From an uncultured Lachnospiraceae bacterium (GTDB lineage: Bacteria > Bacillota > Clostridia > Christensenellales > UBA1242): a stretch of 64,000 nucleotides of DNA. The DNA lies in NCBI GenBank assembly GCA_964383665.1, contig CAYLHO010000001.1, positions 1,638 through 65,637 of the forward strand. The letters are read 5' to 3'. The notes under the pieces were generated by a model that saw nothing but the letters and a program-made list of their open reading frames with translations, did no database searches and was not told the origin of the DNA. Positions 28,978-39,060 of the stretch are shown one piece after another (position 1 is the first letter of the stretch; every line of letters begins with the position of its first letter). The translations under genes were made by a program, and so were the position numbers.

Positions 28978-30973
28978 AGTAAATTCCCGGATAAAGAATT
29001 GTGTTTGAAAGAACAAGGCTGAAATTATAATCGGTGTTTTCTGGGTCGGATTCGCTTTTAACAATGTCAAAAGCAATTTCGAAGAAAGACGTGTTGATTG
29101 TTCTTTCGTCAATAACTGTTGTTCCGCCAAACCCGTTTTCCGATTCAACAACTTTATAGAAATCTTGAATTGCGCTGCAATCTGGATTTGAAAGCTGCGT
29201 TTCGTTGGTCACGTTGTTAAGAAGGTCTTTGTTTTTAAAGAAACCAACGGTGTAGTAAGAGGCGGTGTAGCCGGTTGAATCGGTTTCTTCAACAACAAGC
29301 GATGGATCAAGTTTTGAAACGTCAACTCCAAAATCAAAATCGTTTTCATAACAGGTTTTTCCGTCGGCGTTAACATAACTTTCGGCATCTTCGAAATTGA
29401 TTTCATCGGCTTTAAATTCATAGAAGTATCTTGTTCTGGTTGATTCGTTATAACAGCAGTAGCGAACGGTTGGAATAATTCGAAGGTCTTTGTTTTGGCT
29501 CATAAAGTTGAAAACAAAGCCTACTTCAAGTTTAAGTCCGTTTTCTTTTGTTGTTTCATCAGAAATTGCAGGAACAATAACAATTGATTGATATTCGGCA
29601 TATGGCTTTCCAACAAATTGGTCGGTTGCCTCGGAATCGCCGAAGAACGATTCCCCTGGGAAATATTTAACATATGTTGCTGGCTTGGATTTATATGAAC
29701 CCGAACCAACTTCTGTAACCTTTATGGTGCCGTCTTCATCGGTTGTTTCGCCGTTTAAAAGGTTGTTTTCAACTGCTTTTTCTTGGTCTTCTTTTTTGAA
29801 TTTGTATGAAATCTTTGTTCCATTTGAATTAAATTCATATTCCCAAATGTCGCCGCTTCCGTCGTAGGTTTGCGAATAAACAAGATAGGCAATTGTTGAA
29901 ACATAATCTCGGAAGTTAACAGGCTGACCTTTAAAATTGTTATAGTCATAAACAACAAGTTTGGCGCCAATGATTTCATTCAAGATATAGTTGATAAGTT
30001 TGTCTGCATTTTGCTTTGTTAAGCCGGTGTAGCGCGCTTTTGAAAGATATTCTTTCATAAGCCCGCCTGTTGGATTGGTTTCCGTCCCGCCTTCGCCATA
30101 GAGATAGGCATTAAGTTTTGCCAATGCCAGGTCTTGCCCGTCGTTATCGATTTTTGCACTTGTAGTAGAATTGTTTGATTGAAAATTCCAATCAATAGTT
30201 AAACCAACAAGGTCCGATTCCGACGATGATTTAACTTTTACGGAATATAATGTTCCAATAGCTGAAGAGGTTATCTCGGAAGCCTCAGGAGGGGGATTTG
30301 TGCTTGAATTAACAACAACTTCCAAAGTTGTTAAGTTTTCATACCCAAGCATGATTTCATAAAGAACGATTTGAAGAATGCTGGAGTAATAGTTGGGGAA
30401 TTGATATGTATCGGGATCTGAAATTGCATTTGAGAAATCGGTCGCCCAATTTCCATAATTCGAATTATCCAAAGAGCAATCTTCACTTTCTGGATTGAAA
30501 TTTTTTAACTTTATGTCTGTTGCGTTTGGATCTATTGTCCATTTCCAGTGTTTTGTTAAATCCGCTTTTGCATTTCCGTTTATGTTTCCGTTTTCAGCCG
30601 TAACAAGCATTCTTATGCTGTCGTAGAAAGGCGCTTTTAAGGAATAAAGATATTTTGACATTGCTCCACTTCCATAGTTCACCAAAAGTGAAGCTCTTAA
30701 GAGTTGAAGCATTTTGTTTGTTTGGTCTTGGCTGCTTGCAAGCCCACTATATTCTCCATTTTCTTTGTTTGCATAAACAGCGGCAATTCCAGATACATAA
30801 TTTTCAAAAAAAGTTTCGGGAAGGGTTGTTCCGCCTTCGCCGCCAATTCCGCCCCCTTGCGAATCAACTTCACACCCCGCAAAAAGAAAGCCCGAAAAAG
30901 CAAACAAAACGGCAAGGCATAAAGCAAGAATTGTTCTTAATTTTTTATTAAGTTTTTTTGCGTTTGTTTTCAT
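28976..30973 (-). CDS. large lipoprotein, unknown function
   Basis: Signal peptide with LFAGC lipobox, Gly-rich linker, 665 aa, no recognised catalytic motif. Confidence 0.75.
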   Translation of the reverse strand: MKTNAKKLNKKLRTILALCLAVLFAFSGFLFAGCEVDSQGGGIGGEGGTTLPETFFENYVSGIAAVYANKENGEYSGLASSQDQTNKMLQLLRASLLVNYGSGAMSKYLYSLKAPFYDSIRMLVTAENGNINGNAKADLTKHWKWTIDPNATDIKLKNFNPESEDCSLDNSNYGNWATDFSNAISDPDTYQFPNYYSSILQIVLYEIMLGYENLTTLEVVVNSSTNPPPEASEITSSAIGTLYSVKVKSSSESDLVGLTIDWNFQSNNSTTSAKIDNDGQDLALAKLNAYLYGEGGTETNPTGGLMKEYLSKARYTGLTKQNADKLINYILNEIIGAKLVVYDYNNFKGQPVNFRDYVSTIAYLVYSQTYDGSGDIWEYEFNSNGTKISYKFKKEDQEKAVENNLLNGETTDEDGTIKVTEVGSGSYKSKPATYVKYFPGESFFGDSEATDQFVGKPYAEYQSIVIVPAISDETTKENGLKLEVGFVFNFMSQNKDLRIIPTVRYCCYNESTRTRYFYEFKADEINFEDAESYVNADGKTCYENDFDFGVDVSKLDPSLVVEETDSTGYTASYYTVGFFKNKDLLNNVTNETQLSNPDCSAIQDFYKVVESENGFGGTTVIDERTINTSFFEIAFDIVKSESDPENTDYNFSLVLSNTILYPGIY

Positions 30974-31132
30974 CTTGTTTTTATTATATCTAATTAAAAG
31001 AAAAATAGCAAGTTTTTCAATTATTGTTAACTTAACAAATTTTTTAACAAAAAAAATAAAAACGGCGAAGGGGGAAGTGCCGTTTTTGTTTCTTAAAACT
31101 CTTTTTAAAAGAGAATTATAGCAAGTTAAAAT

Positions 31133-32155
31133 TTAAATTGAAAAACCGCGATAGTCCGCTTTTCCGTTCCCTTGAACAACGCGGAAGGTTTTTGTTTTTT
31201 GTTTTTCTTTTTTGCCTTTTGAAGCTTTTGCTTCGGTTTCAAAAACTGGGAATGTTATGTCGAAAATTGCAAGATTATTTTCTGCCGAGGCTTCTGCTGT
31301 TGATTGAGTTACAAACTCTTTAAAGTTTTCTTCATTTGTTATGCTTATTGTATTTGTTTTGCTGTTAAGCATGTAGTTTGCATGATCTTCTTGAGAGCCA
31401 AATGAACTGGTTATTGCCTTAACATTGTATATTTTATCATTTTTAATTAGTGTTAAATTTGTTTCATTTCTCGCTTGTTCATTAGAATTGAAGGCTGTTG
31501 CATTTAAGATTTCAGCGCCTTCAAGCCCAACCTCGCTTAAAATGTAAGTTGTAAGTTTGTTATATAGTTCTTCGGAGATTTTGCCCTTTAATATTGTTTG
31601 AGTTTCCAAATTTGTGTTTATGGGAGAAATCTCATTTAAAACTTCAACGGCTTCTTGATAGGTTGTTTGCGTAAAAGGCTTTCCAAGATAAAGGATGTAG
31701 AAGTATTTTTTTGTTGAGTCTATTTTTCTATCCGCTGTTAAATAAACAGTTCCGTCGAGTTCATTGATTTTAACAATTTTAACATTTCCAAATGTTGCGC
31801 GTTTGCTTGTTGATTGCAATTTTTCAAGAGCAATTTGTTGAATTCTCTCCTCGCATTCCTTCATATAGTCAAGTTCGGTTTTTTCGTCTGGTTTTGGAGG
31901 AGTTGGAGTTGGAGTTGGAGTTGGAGTTGGAGTTGGAGTTGGAGTTGGAGTTGGATCTGGGTTTGGGTTTGGGCTTGGGCTTGGATCTGGGTTTGGGTTT
32001 GGGCTTGGGTCTGGCGTTACAACAGTTGTTCCGGAATTTGGATTTTGAACTTGTTGGTTATTTTTTGTGACAGCGAAATATATTCCCACTGCCGCGCCAG
32101 CCATAACGCAGAATGTTGAAATTGTTGCAAGAATTTTTTTTGTTGAGTCTTTCAT
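31133..32155 (-). CDS. membrane-anchored protein with Pro-rich (PNPNPDPSPS / (TP)9) linker and an unknown C-terminal domain
   Basis: N-terminal TM helix ILATISTFCVMAGAAVGIYFAV, low-complexity Pro linker, and a globular domain of about 250 aa. Confidence 0.75.
   Translation of the reverse strand: MKDSTKKILATISTFCVMAGAAVGIYFAVTKNNQQVQNPNSGTTVVTPDPSPNPNPDPSPSPNPNPDPTPTPTPTPTPTPTPTPTPPKPDEKTELDYMKECEERIQQIALEKLQSTSKRATFGNVKIVKINELDGTVYLTADRKIDSTKKYFYILYLGKPFTQTTYQEAVEVLNEISPINTNLETQTILKGKISEELYNKLTTYILSEVGLEGAEILNATAFNSNEQARNETNLTLIKNDKIYNVKAITSSFGSQEDHANYMLNSKTNTISITNEENFKEFVTQSTAEASAENNLAIFDITFPVFETEAKASKGKKEKQKTKTFRVVQGNGKADYRGFSI
31899..31952. repeat. hexanucleotide microsatellite (GGAGTT)9 inside the 31133-32155 CDS, followed by a 30-bp GGATCTGGGTTTGGGTTTGGGCTTGGGCTT duplication
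   Basis: Nine perfect tandem copies were counted. They encode (TP)9 on the minus strand. Confidence 0.9.
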
Positions 32156-32265
32156 GAAAAATTCTCCTTAAATTAAACTACCTTTATTATATATTGGCAA
32201 AAAACCGATGTCAACCCCCAAAATTAAAAAAAGCGCAAACGAATTTGCACTTTTTAAGTTTTGTT

Positions 32266-32448
32266 TTATCCACGTTTTCTTGCGCGTTTTCTTGCAGCTT
32301 CACGTTTCTTTTTTCTTTTAACGCTTGGTTTAAGATATGCTTCTTTCTTACGAATGTCGCCAATAATTCCGTCGCGTTGGCATTTGCGTTTAAAACGTTT
32401 CAAAGCGCTGTCTAAACTTTCGTTTTCGCCAACTTTAACCATTGTCAT
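32266..32448 (-). CDS. rpsU: 30S ribosomal protein S21
   Basis: [25 protein letters not shown]...[15 protein letters not shown] is classic S21. Confidence 0.95.
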   Translation of the reverse strand: MTMVKVGENESLDSALKRFKRKCQRDGIIGDIRKKEAYLKPSVKRKKKREAARKRARKRG

Positions 32449-32510
32449 ATTCTCTCACCACCTTTTAGTTCTTGATTTAAAGCGGGGATATTATATCACA
32501 AAACAAAAAA

Positions 32511-35500
32511 TTGTCAATGTTTTTTTGGACTTTTATTAAAAATATGTTAATATTCTCATATATGAACGCAACGGCAATTGTTGGGAACAATTTAAGCGAA
32601 GTTTCGAAAGCGGTTATTTCGCAAATTGAAATTTCAAGTTCGCTTGAACTTGAAAACTTTGTTGTTGTTCCTGACAGATTTTCGCTTCTTGCCGAAAAGC
32701 TTGTTTTTGAGCAACTTGGAATTTCATCAACGTTTAACATTAAGGTTCTTGGAATTTCTCGGCTTGCTTCAATTTTTTTTCAAGAGGAAAAAATTCTTTC
32801 TCAAAATGAAAGCAGACTTAAAATTTTTCAAATCCTCAAGGAAAACGATTTTGAATTTTTTAAACCAAATTTTGACCTTGCAACCGAGCTTTTCAACATT
32901 ATTTCGCAAATTAAATCAAGCAAAGTTTCGCTTTTGGAGCTTGAGAAAAGTTGCAAAACGCAAAAGCAAAAAGAAATTGCTCGCGTTTTTTCAATTTATG
33001 AAGCAACCAAAAATTTCCCTGATCAAAGCGATTTAATTTCAAATCTTTCAAGCAATTTAAAGAAGGAAAAACTTGAAAATCTTTCCTTCTTCTTTGTTGG
33101 ATTCGACAGTTTAACTTCGCAAGGGGAATTGCTTTTGGAAAAGCTTATTCTTTTTTCGAAGAGAATTGTTGTTGGGGCAACGCTTCCTTCTTCTCAAAAG
33201 AACTCACAGGTTTATGACAGCGACATTTTTAACAAACTTAACAGCATTTCAAGACGAAACAAAATTAAAATTGAAAAGATATATTTAACGGAAAAGGAAA
33301 ATTCTCTTTCAAGACATATTTTGGAAAATCTTTTTTCGTTTTCACCAAAAGTTATTGAAACAACAAAAGTTCATCTTTTGGAGTTTGAAACTCCAGAAAA
33401 TGAGATTCGAGAAATTGCAAAAACAATTTTGTTTTATGTTAAAAACAAAAATAAAAGATTTTCGTCGCTTAACGTTCTTTCTGGAAGTTTGGAAACAACA
33501 GCAAAAATTTTTGAGCGGGTTTTTGAGGAATATGGGATTTCATATTTTCTTGACACTTCTCAAAAAATTTCAAATCTTCCAATCCACACTTTTTTCTTCA
33601 CGCTTTTTTCTTATCTCCAAACGAAAAGCGAGGAATGCTTTTTTAACCTTATTTTAAATCCATATTGCGATGTTCCTCAAAATCAAATTTCCGATTTTAA
33701 AAATATTATTTTATTAAATGGTCAGTTTTGCGAGGAACTTGCAAATAATTTTGAAAATATTAAAGAAATTATTGAAAAAATTAATTATTTTAATAAAAAA
33801 ATTGAAAAAATTAATAATTTTTCAGGCTTTTCCAATTTAATTAACGAAATTGTTTTGGAATTTAATTTAAAAGAACGTAATGAGCAATTGATTAATCATT
33901 TTTCAAACGTAAATTTAAAAAGTGAAAAAATTTATGTTCAAATTTTTAAAAAGCTTGAAAACGTTTTAAATGAACTTGATTCAACGGCTGAAGTTGATTT
34001 TGAAACATATTCCACATTGTTCCTTTCAATTTTTGGAGAAAAAGAAATTTCGGCAGTTCCAATTTCAACCGATTGTGTTTTTGTTGGAAGCGAAAAGTCT
34101 TTCTTTGAAAGTCGAGATGTTATGTTTGTTTCTGGCGCAACGTCCGGAACAATTCCGCTTGTTTCAAAAGACCTTGGGCTATTTTCCGATTCCGACATTG
34201 AACAAATCAACTTGGGAATTGAGCCAACAATTCAAATGATTAACAAGCGAAACAAGCAAAAGCTTTTGTTTGATCTTTGTCCAAAAGAAGAACTTTTTGT
34301 TTCAACTTCGGGAAGTGCTCTTGGCGAGAAACTTGAGAAATCGGTTATATTTTCTGAACTTCAAAAGATTTTTACTTTTGAAAATTCGCCATTAAAAATT
34401 TTCAATAATTTCTTTGCACAATTTTTGCCAAGCAAGGAGTTCTCGCTTTTTGAAATCCAAAGTGGAAGAGATTTTGAACAAAAGATTCTTAAATTAAAAC
34501 AACAAAAAAAGATTTCAGATGAAAAATTTAATTTGATTTTGGGAAGTAGAAAGAATCAGGAAGAAAAAATTTCGTGTGCGGAAGAACTTTACAAAAATTT
34601 TTCGCCAACAGGAATTGAACGGTTCTTTTCATGCCCGTTTAAACATTTTTTTACGCACGGTTTGAAACTTAAAGAAAATCCGAAAAATGTTTTTAATGCG
34701 CGTGACGATGGAAATTATTTCCATATTGCGGCTCAAAACTTTGTTTCGCGCAATCTGGAAAAAATTGGAAATCTTTCGGAACGAGAAATTCAAGATGAAC
34801 TTGAAAAAATTGATTTAATAATTAAAAATCAGCCGCGTTTCGCTTTGCTTTCAAAAAATATTAAAAACAAACATATTTTTGAAATTCTTAAAAAAGAAAC
34901 CAAAATGCTTTTCGAAAGCATAAATTTTGAACGCAAATTCTCAAATTTTGTTGCGAAATTTATGGAACAGAGCTTTGAACTTGATTTGGGGAAAAAGAAA
35001 CTTTTTGGAATTGTTGACAGAGTTGATTTTTTTGACAACTATTTTCGAGTTGTTGACTATAAGAGCGGGGAAGTTCCAAAAAGTTTGAGAGCAATTTATA
35101 ACGGAGTTGAACTTCAACTTTTTATTTACCTGATTGCAATGCAGAATAAGTTTGGGAAAGACCCATGCGCTGGGGTTTATCTTCCAATTGGGGGAGATTT
35201 CTCAAAAAATAAGAAAAAATTTCGTTTCGAAGGATTTATTCTTGGCGAGCAAGGAATTTTAAAGGCTTTCGACAGGCAACTTGGAGATAAAAAAGAGAGC
35301 AACATTGTTTCAATTAAGTTAGCGGCAAAATCTTCGCCAGCAAATCTTGTTCTTTCAACTTCAAAGAATGTTTTTTCGGGCGAGGGATTTGAGGCTGTTA
35401 TTGAGTATGTTAAACTTTTACTATTAAGCGCGGAAAAGGAAATTTTAAGCGGAAAGATTCCAGCAATTCCAATTGAGGGATTCATTTGCAAGAACTGTCA

Positions 35501-35615
35501 ATTTTTTGGAATTTGCTCATTTAAACAAGATGAGCGCGAGGAGCAAAGAGAAAACGGAAAACAACTTTCGCAAACGGATTTTATTTCAATTTGCGAAAGA
35601 CAAAAGCCGAACTAA
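32511..35615 (+). CDS. addB: helicase-nuclease subunit AddB (start uncertain, 32511-32562)
   Basis: Position upstream of addA. C-terminal RecB-type nuclease with iron-sulfur cysteines (FSCPFKHF ... VDYKSG ... CKNCQFFGIC). The N-terminal Walker A position reads GNNLSEVS, which is degenerate. Confidence 0.85.
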   Translation: MSMFFWTFIKNMLIFSYMNATAIVGNNLSEVSKAVISQIEISSSLELENFVVVPDRFSLLAEKLVFEQLGISSTFNIKVLGISRLASIFFQEEKILSQNESRLKIFQILKENDFEFFKPNFDLATELFNIISQIKSSKVSLLELEKSCKTQKQKEIARVFSIYEATKNFPDQSDLISNLSSNLKKEKLENLSFFFVGFDSLTSQGELLLEKLILFSKRIVVGATLPSSQKNSQVYDSDIFNKLNSISRRNKIKIEKIYLTEKENSLSRHILENLFSFSPKVIETTKVHLLEFETPENEIREIAKTILFYVKNKNKRFSSLNVLSGSLETTAKIFERVFEEYGISYFLDTSQKISNLPIHTFFFTLFSYLQTKSEECFFNLILNPYCDVPQNQISDFKNIILLNGQFCEELANNFENIKEIIEKINYFNKKIEKINNFSGFSNLINEIVLEFNLKERNEQLINHFSNVNLKSEKIYVQIFKKLENVLNELDSTAEVDFETYSTLFLSIFGEKEISAVPISTDCVFVGSEKSFFESRDVMFVSGATSGTIPLVSKDLGLFSDSDIEQINLGIEPTIQMINKRNKQKLLFDLCPKEELFVSTSGSALGEKLEKSVIFSELQKIFTFENSPLKIFNNFFAQFLPSKEFSLFEIQSGRDFEQKILKLKQQKKISDEKFNLILGSRKNQEEKISCAEELYKNFSPTGIERFFSCPFKHFFTHGLKLKENPKNVFNARDDGNYFHIAAQNFVSRNLEKIGNLSEREIQDELEKIDLIIKNQPRFALLSKNIKNKHIFEILKKETKMLFESINFERKFSNFVAKFMEQSFELDLGKKKLFGIVDRVDFFDNYFRVVDYKSGEVPKSLRAIYNGVELQLFIYLIAMQNKFGKDPCAGVYLPIGGDFSKNKKKFRFEGFILGEQGILKAFDRQLGDKKESNIVSIKLAAKSSPANLVLSTSKNVFSGEGFEAVIEYVKLLLLSAEKEILSGKIPAIPIEGFICKNCQFFGICSFKQDEREEQRENGKQLSQTDFISICERQKPN

Positions 35616-35628
35616 CAAGGAAAATTTT

Positions 35629-38600
35629 ATGGAAAGGAAAAAGATTGAGGAACAAGAAAGAGTTTTAGAAATCAATGGCGAAAGCGCAATTGTTTCGGCT
35701 TCGGCGGGAAGCGGGAAAACAACAATTATGATTGAAAAAATTCTTCAATATCTTATGAAAGGCGTTAAGGTTAAAAATATTTTAGCGCTTACTTTCACCA
35801 ATCAAGCTGCTTCGCAAATGAAGCAAAAACTTTCTTTAAATCTTGGGAAACTTGTTGAAACAACAAATCGAATTGAGCTTGCAAGCGAAATTGATTTTCT
35901 TCCTCAAGCCGACATTTCAACCTTCCATTCGTTCTATGAAAAAATTGTTAAAAAATATTTTTATGTGATTGGAATTCAGCCAAGTTTTGAAATCCTTTCC
36001 AATGAGAAACTTCTTTCTCTTAAAGATGAAGCATTTTTGCAAGCTGTTGAAAATTTGAAAACCAACTCATTTGAAAAATATATTGAACTTTGCGATGTTC
36101 TTGGAAAAAAAAGAAGCGACAAGGCAATTAAAGAAAGAATTTTCAAAATTGATAATTTTCTTTCGTCGCAATATCAGCCAGAAGAATGGATTAAAAATTT
36201 TTCGATGAGATTGTTTGAAAACAAAGAAAAAACTTTGCAAATGTTTTTTGATGAAGTTTTTGACAATGCTCGTAATTTGAAGCAAAAACTTTGTTGTCTT
36301 CTTGAAAAAGCAAGCGGATTTAATGAGGACGGGCTTTGCGAACATATTAACTTATGCATTTTAAATATTGATGAAATTTTAGGGTTAAAAGAAAAAGAAC
36401 TTTATGAAAAAATTAAAGGGGATTTTTCTTTTCCAAAACTTATTAAATCGAAAAAGACTCTAGAAACTGAAACCTTTTTGGAAGTTAAAAGAGTAAAAGA
36501 GGAGTTTTCCGATTTTATTAAGAAATTTAGGGAATATGACTTTGGAACTTATGAAAACATTGAGCACTCGTTTGAAAGTTGTAAGGGGAACATTTCGGAA
36601 CTTGTTTCGCTTTATTTAGATTTCAAAAGCATTTTAAACAGCAAAAAATTTGAAATCAATTGCTATGATTTTTCCGATCTTGAAACTTTTTGTGCGAAAA
36701 TTTTAGATAATGAGCAGATTTGCGAAGAGATTAAAAATTCTTATGAACAAATTTTTGTTGATGAATTTCAAGATATCAATCCAATGCAATATGAAATCTT
36801 AAAAAAGATTGCAAAAAATAACGTTCTTTATGTTGGAGATGCGAAACAAAGTATTTATGCTTTCCGACAATCCGATGTTGAAATTTTTGTTGATGTTTGC
36901 AAAGATTTTGAAGGAGAAGGAGAAAAACATTCTCTTCCGCTTAATTGCAACTTTAGAACAAATAAAAAAATTCTTGATTTTGTTAACGATGTTTTCAAGG
37001 TTTTGATGACTGAAAAAAGTTGCGGAATCAACTATGAAGAAAGGGCAATGTTCAAAGGTGAAAGTGAAAACTCGTGTGAAGGGGAAAGCGTTAAGATAAT
37101 TAAAATTGCCAAAGAGGAAAAAGAAAAAGAAGAAGCGCTACAAGAAGTTTTTGAAGTTCTTAAAGCGAAAAGGAACTTTAAGGATTACAGCCTTGAAGCG
37201 AAAACAATTTTAAGAGAAATTAATAACATCATAAATCAAAAAGTTGTTTTGGACGAACAGGAAAGGAGAATAAATTTTGGCGACATTGCAATTCTTGTTA
37301 AAAACCGTTCAAGCCTTTTAAAAGATTTGGTTGCCCTTTTTGTTGAGAATAATGTTCCTTTTGTTGTTAATGATGAGTTCGACTTGCTTTCATCGAAAGA
37401 GGTTTGTCTTTCAATTTTAATTTTAAGTTTGTGCTTAAATCAAAAAGATGATTTCGCTTTGGCGGCGGTAATGGCATCGGCGTTGGGGAAATTTTCTTAT
37501 GACGATCTTGCGCAAATTAGATTAAACGGGCAAGGTGAATTTTTCTTTGAAAAAGTTAGTGATTATGCAGAAAGGAACAGCGATTTAATTTCGCAAAAAA
37601 TTTTAAAGTTTAATTCGTTGATTAGCGTTTTGCGTTTTGAAATTCAAACAATTGGAGCAAGCGCTGCTCTTGAAAAACTTTTCATTAAGGAAAACTTTTT
37701 CGAGTTTGTTTTGGGGCAAAATGGCGGGCAACTTCGCCTTGAACGTTTAAAACAATTTTTGGCGCATATTGAACAAACAGGGCTTGATTTTGACCTTTTT
37801 AATTTGGTTGAATATCTTAAAAACATTAAGGAACTTAAAACTGCAAGCGTTAAGAAGTGCGACGATAATTCTATTTTAATAACAACAATCCATGCAAGCA
37901 AAGGACTTGAATTTCCGGTTGTTATTTTAGGGGAATGCGGGAAAGATTTAACAAGGGCAAAGCCAGAAACCGATGACCTTAAAATTGATAAGAATTTGGG
38001 GATCGCACTTAACAATTATTCCAGAGCGGAAAGAAGGGTTTATGATTCAATTTTCAAGAGAATTATTGAAATTAATTCCAAGAAAAAAGAAATTGCGGAA
38101 AATTTACGTTTGCTTTATGTTGCCTTAACACGTGCGCAAAACAAACTTATCATAACAGGCGAAGTTCCAAAGGCAATTGATGAAATAACAAAAGAAAGCA
38201 ATTTGCTTCTTGTTAAGCCTTCATATTTGAACTATATTTTGGGTGCTATTGGGAAAAGCGAAGTTCAAATTGAAGAAGTTTCAAACGTGGAGGTTAACGA
38301 GTTTAAAATTGAAGAAGAAAACATTGAACCGCTTTTATCTGCAAAAGAAAACATTGATTTTGTTTATCCAAATTTGAATGCAACAAAGCTTGCTCTTAAA
38401 ACCTCGGTTAGTGAAATTGCTTTTGACGAAAATTCCTATCAAAGCGAAAATTTAAATCCAAACCGATTTTATGTTAGCGAACATCTTTCTTCGGCTTCAA
38501 CGCCAGAGGAGGGAACTCGAGTTCATGAAATTTTGGAAAAGGTTGATTTTTCAAGTTGCAATTTGGAAAGAGAAATAAAAAGTTTTAATTGCAGCGAAAG

Positions 38601-38955
38601 CCTTGCTGACACAATTATTAAAAACATTGAATTAATTAAGCAAGTAATCCCGAACCCAAGTTGCATTTTCAAGGAAAAGCAATTTATGATTTATGCAAGC
38701 CCTAAAGAGATTTTTGGAGAGGGTGAGGAGGAAAAAATTTTAATTCAAGGGAAGTTCGACTTGATTTCTGTTGGCGAAAAGGTTGTTTTAATTGACTATA
38801 AATACACCTCAATTTCAAACGAAAGTGTCCTTAAAGACAGATATCGAAAGCAGCTTTTAACCTATGCTTTTGCTGTTGAGAAAGCAATTAACAAACCGGT
38901 TGACGAAATATATTTGTTGAGTTTAAAGAATGCGAAATTAATTAGAATTAATTAA
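35629..38955 (+). CDS. addA: ATP-dependent helicase/nuclease subunit AddA
   Basis: The start is moved to MERKKIEEQ (ATG 35629). UvrD/SF1 motifs ASAGSGKTT, FVDEFQDINPMQ, TIHASKGLEFP and YVALTRAQ. C-terminal nuclease GKFDLI...LIDYKYT. Confidence 0.93.
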   Translation: MERKKIEEQERVLEINGESAIVSASAGSGKTTIMIEKILQYLMKGVKVKNILALTFTNQAASQMKQKLSLNLGKLVETTNRIELASEIDFLPQADISTFHSFYEKIVKKYFYVIGIQPSFEILSNEKLLSLKDEAFLQAVENLKTNSFEKYIELCDVLGKKRSDKAIKERIFKIDNFLSSQYQPEEWIKNFSMRLFENKEKTLQMFFDEVFDNARNLKQKLCCLLEKASGFNEDGLCEHINLCILNIDEILGLKEKELYEKIKGDFSFPKLIKSKKTLETETFLEVKRVKEEFSDFIKKFREYDFGTYENIEHSFESCKGNISELVSLYLDFKSILNSKKFEINCYDFSDLETFCAKILDNEQICEEIKNSYEQIFVDEFQDINPMQYEILKKIAKNNVLYVGDAKQSIYAFRQSDVEIFVDVCKDFEGEGEKHSLPLNCNFRTNKKILDFVNDVFKVLMTEKSCGINYEERAMFKGESENSCEGESVKIIKIAKEEKEKEEALQEVFEVLKAKRNFKDYSLEAKTILREINNIINQKVVLDEQERRINFGDIAILVKNRSSLLKDLVALFVENNVPFVVNDEFDLLSSKEVCLSILILSLCLNQKDDFALAAVMASALGKFSYDDLAQIRLNGQGEFFFEKVSDYAERNSDLISQKILKFNSLISVLRFEIQTIGASAALEKLFIKENFFEFVLGQNGGQLRLERLKQFLAHIEQTGLDFDLFNLVEYLKNIKELKTASVKKCDDNSILITTIHASKGLEFPVVILGECGKDLTRAKPETDDLKIDKNLGIALNNYSRAERRVYDSIFKRIIEINSKKKEIAENLRLLYVALTRAQNKLIITGEVPKAIDEITKESNLLLVKPSYLNYILGAIGKSEVQIEEVSNVEVNEFKIEEENIEPLLSAKENIDFVYPNLNATKLALKTSVSEIAFDENSYQSENLNPNRFYVSEHLSSASTPEEGTRVHEILEKVDFSSCNLEREIKSFNCSESLADTIIKNIELIKQVIPNPSCIFKEKQFMIYASPKEIFGEGEEEKILIQGKFDLISVGEKVVLIDYKYTSISNESVLKDRYRKQLLTYAFAVEKAINKPVDEIYLLSLKNAKLIRIN

Positions 38956-39060
38956 ATCAAAAAAATATTGAAAAATTATTAAAAAATATTGAAAAAATAT
39001 TAGTTAATAATTTTTTTATGTGTTATACTAACAACGAAATTTAACTTGGAGGTTAAACAA

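Noticed and set aside
31792-32119. Plus-strand ORFs translating to LELELELE... and WSWSWSWS... runs.
   Set aside because: They are antisense read-through of the (GGAGTT)n / Pro-linker repeat of the minus-strand gene 31133-32155. They have no RBS and their composition is implausible.
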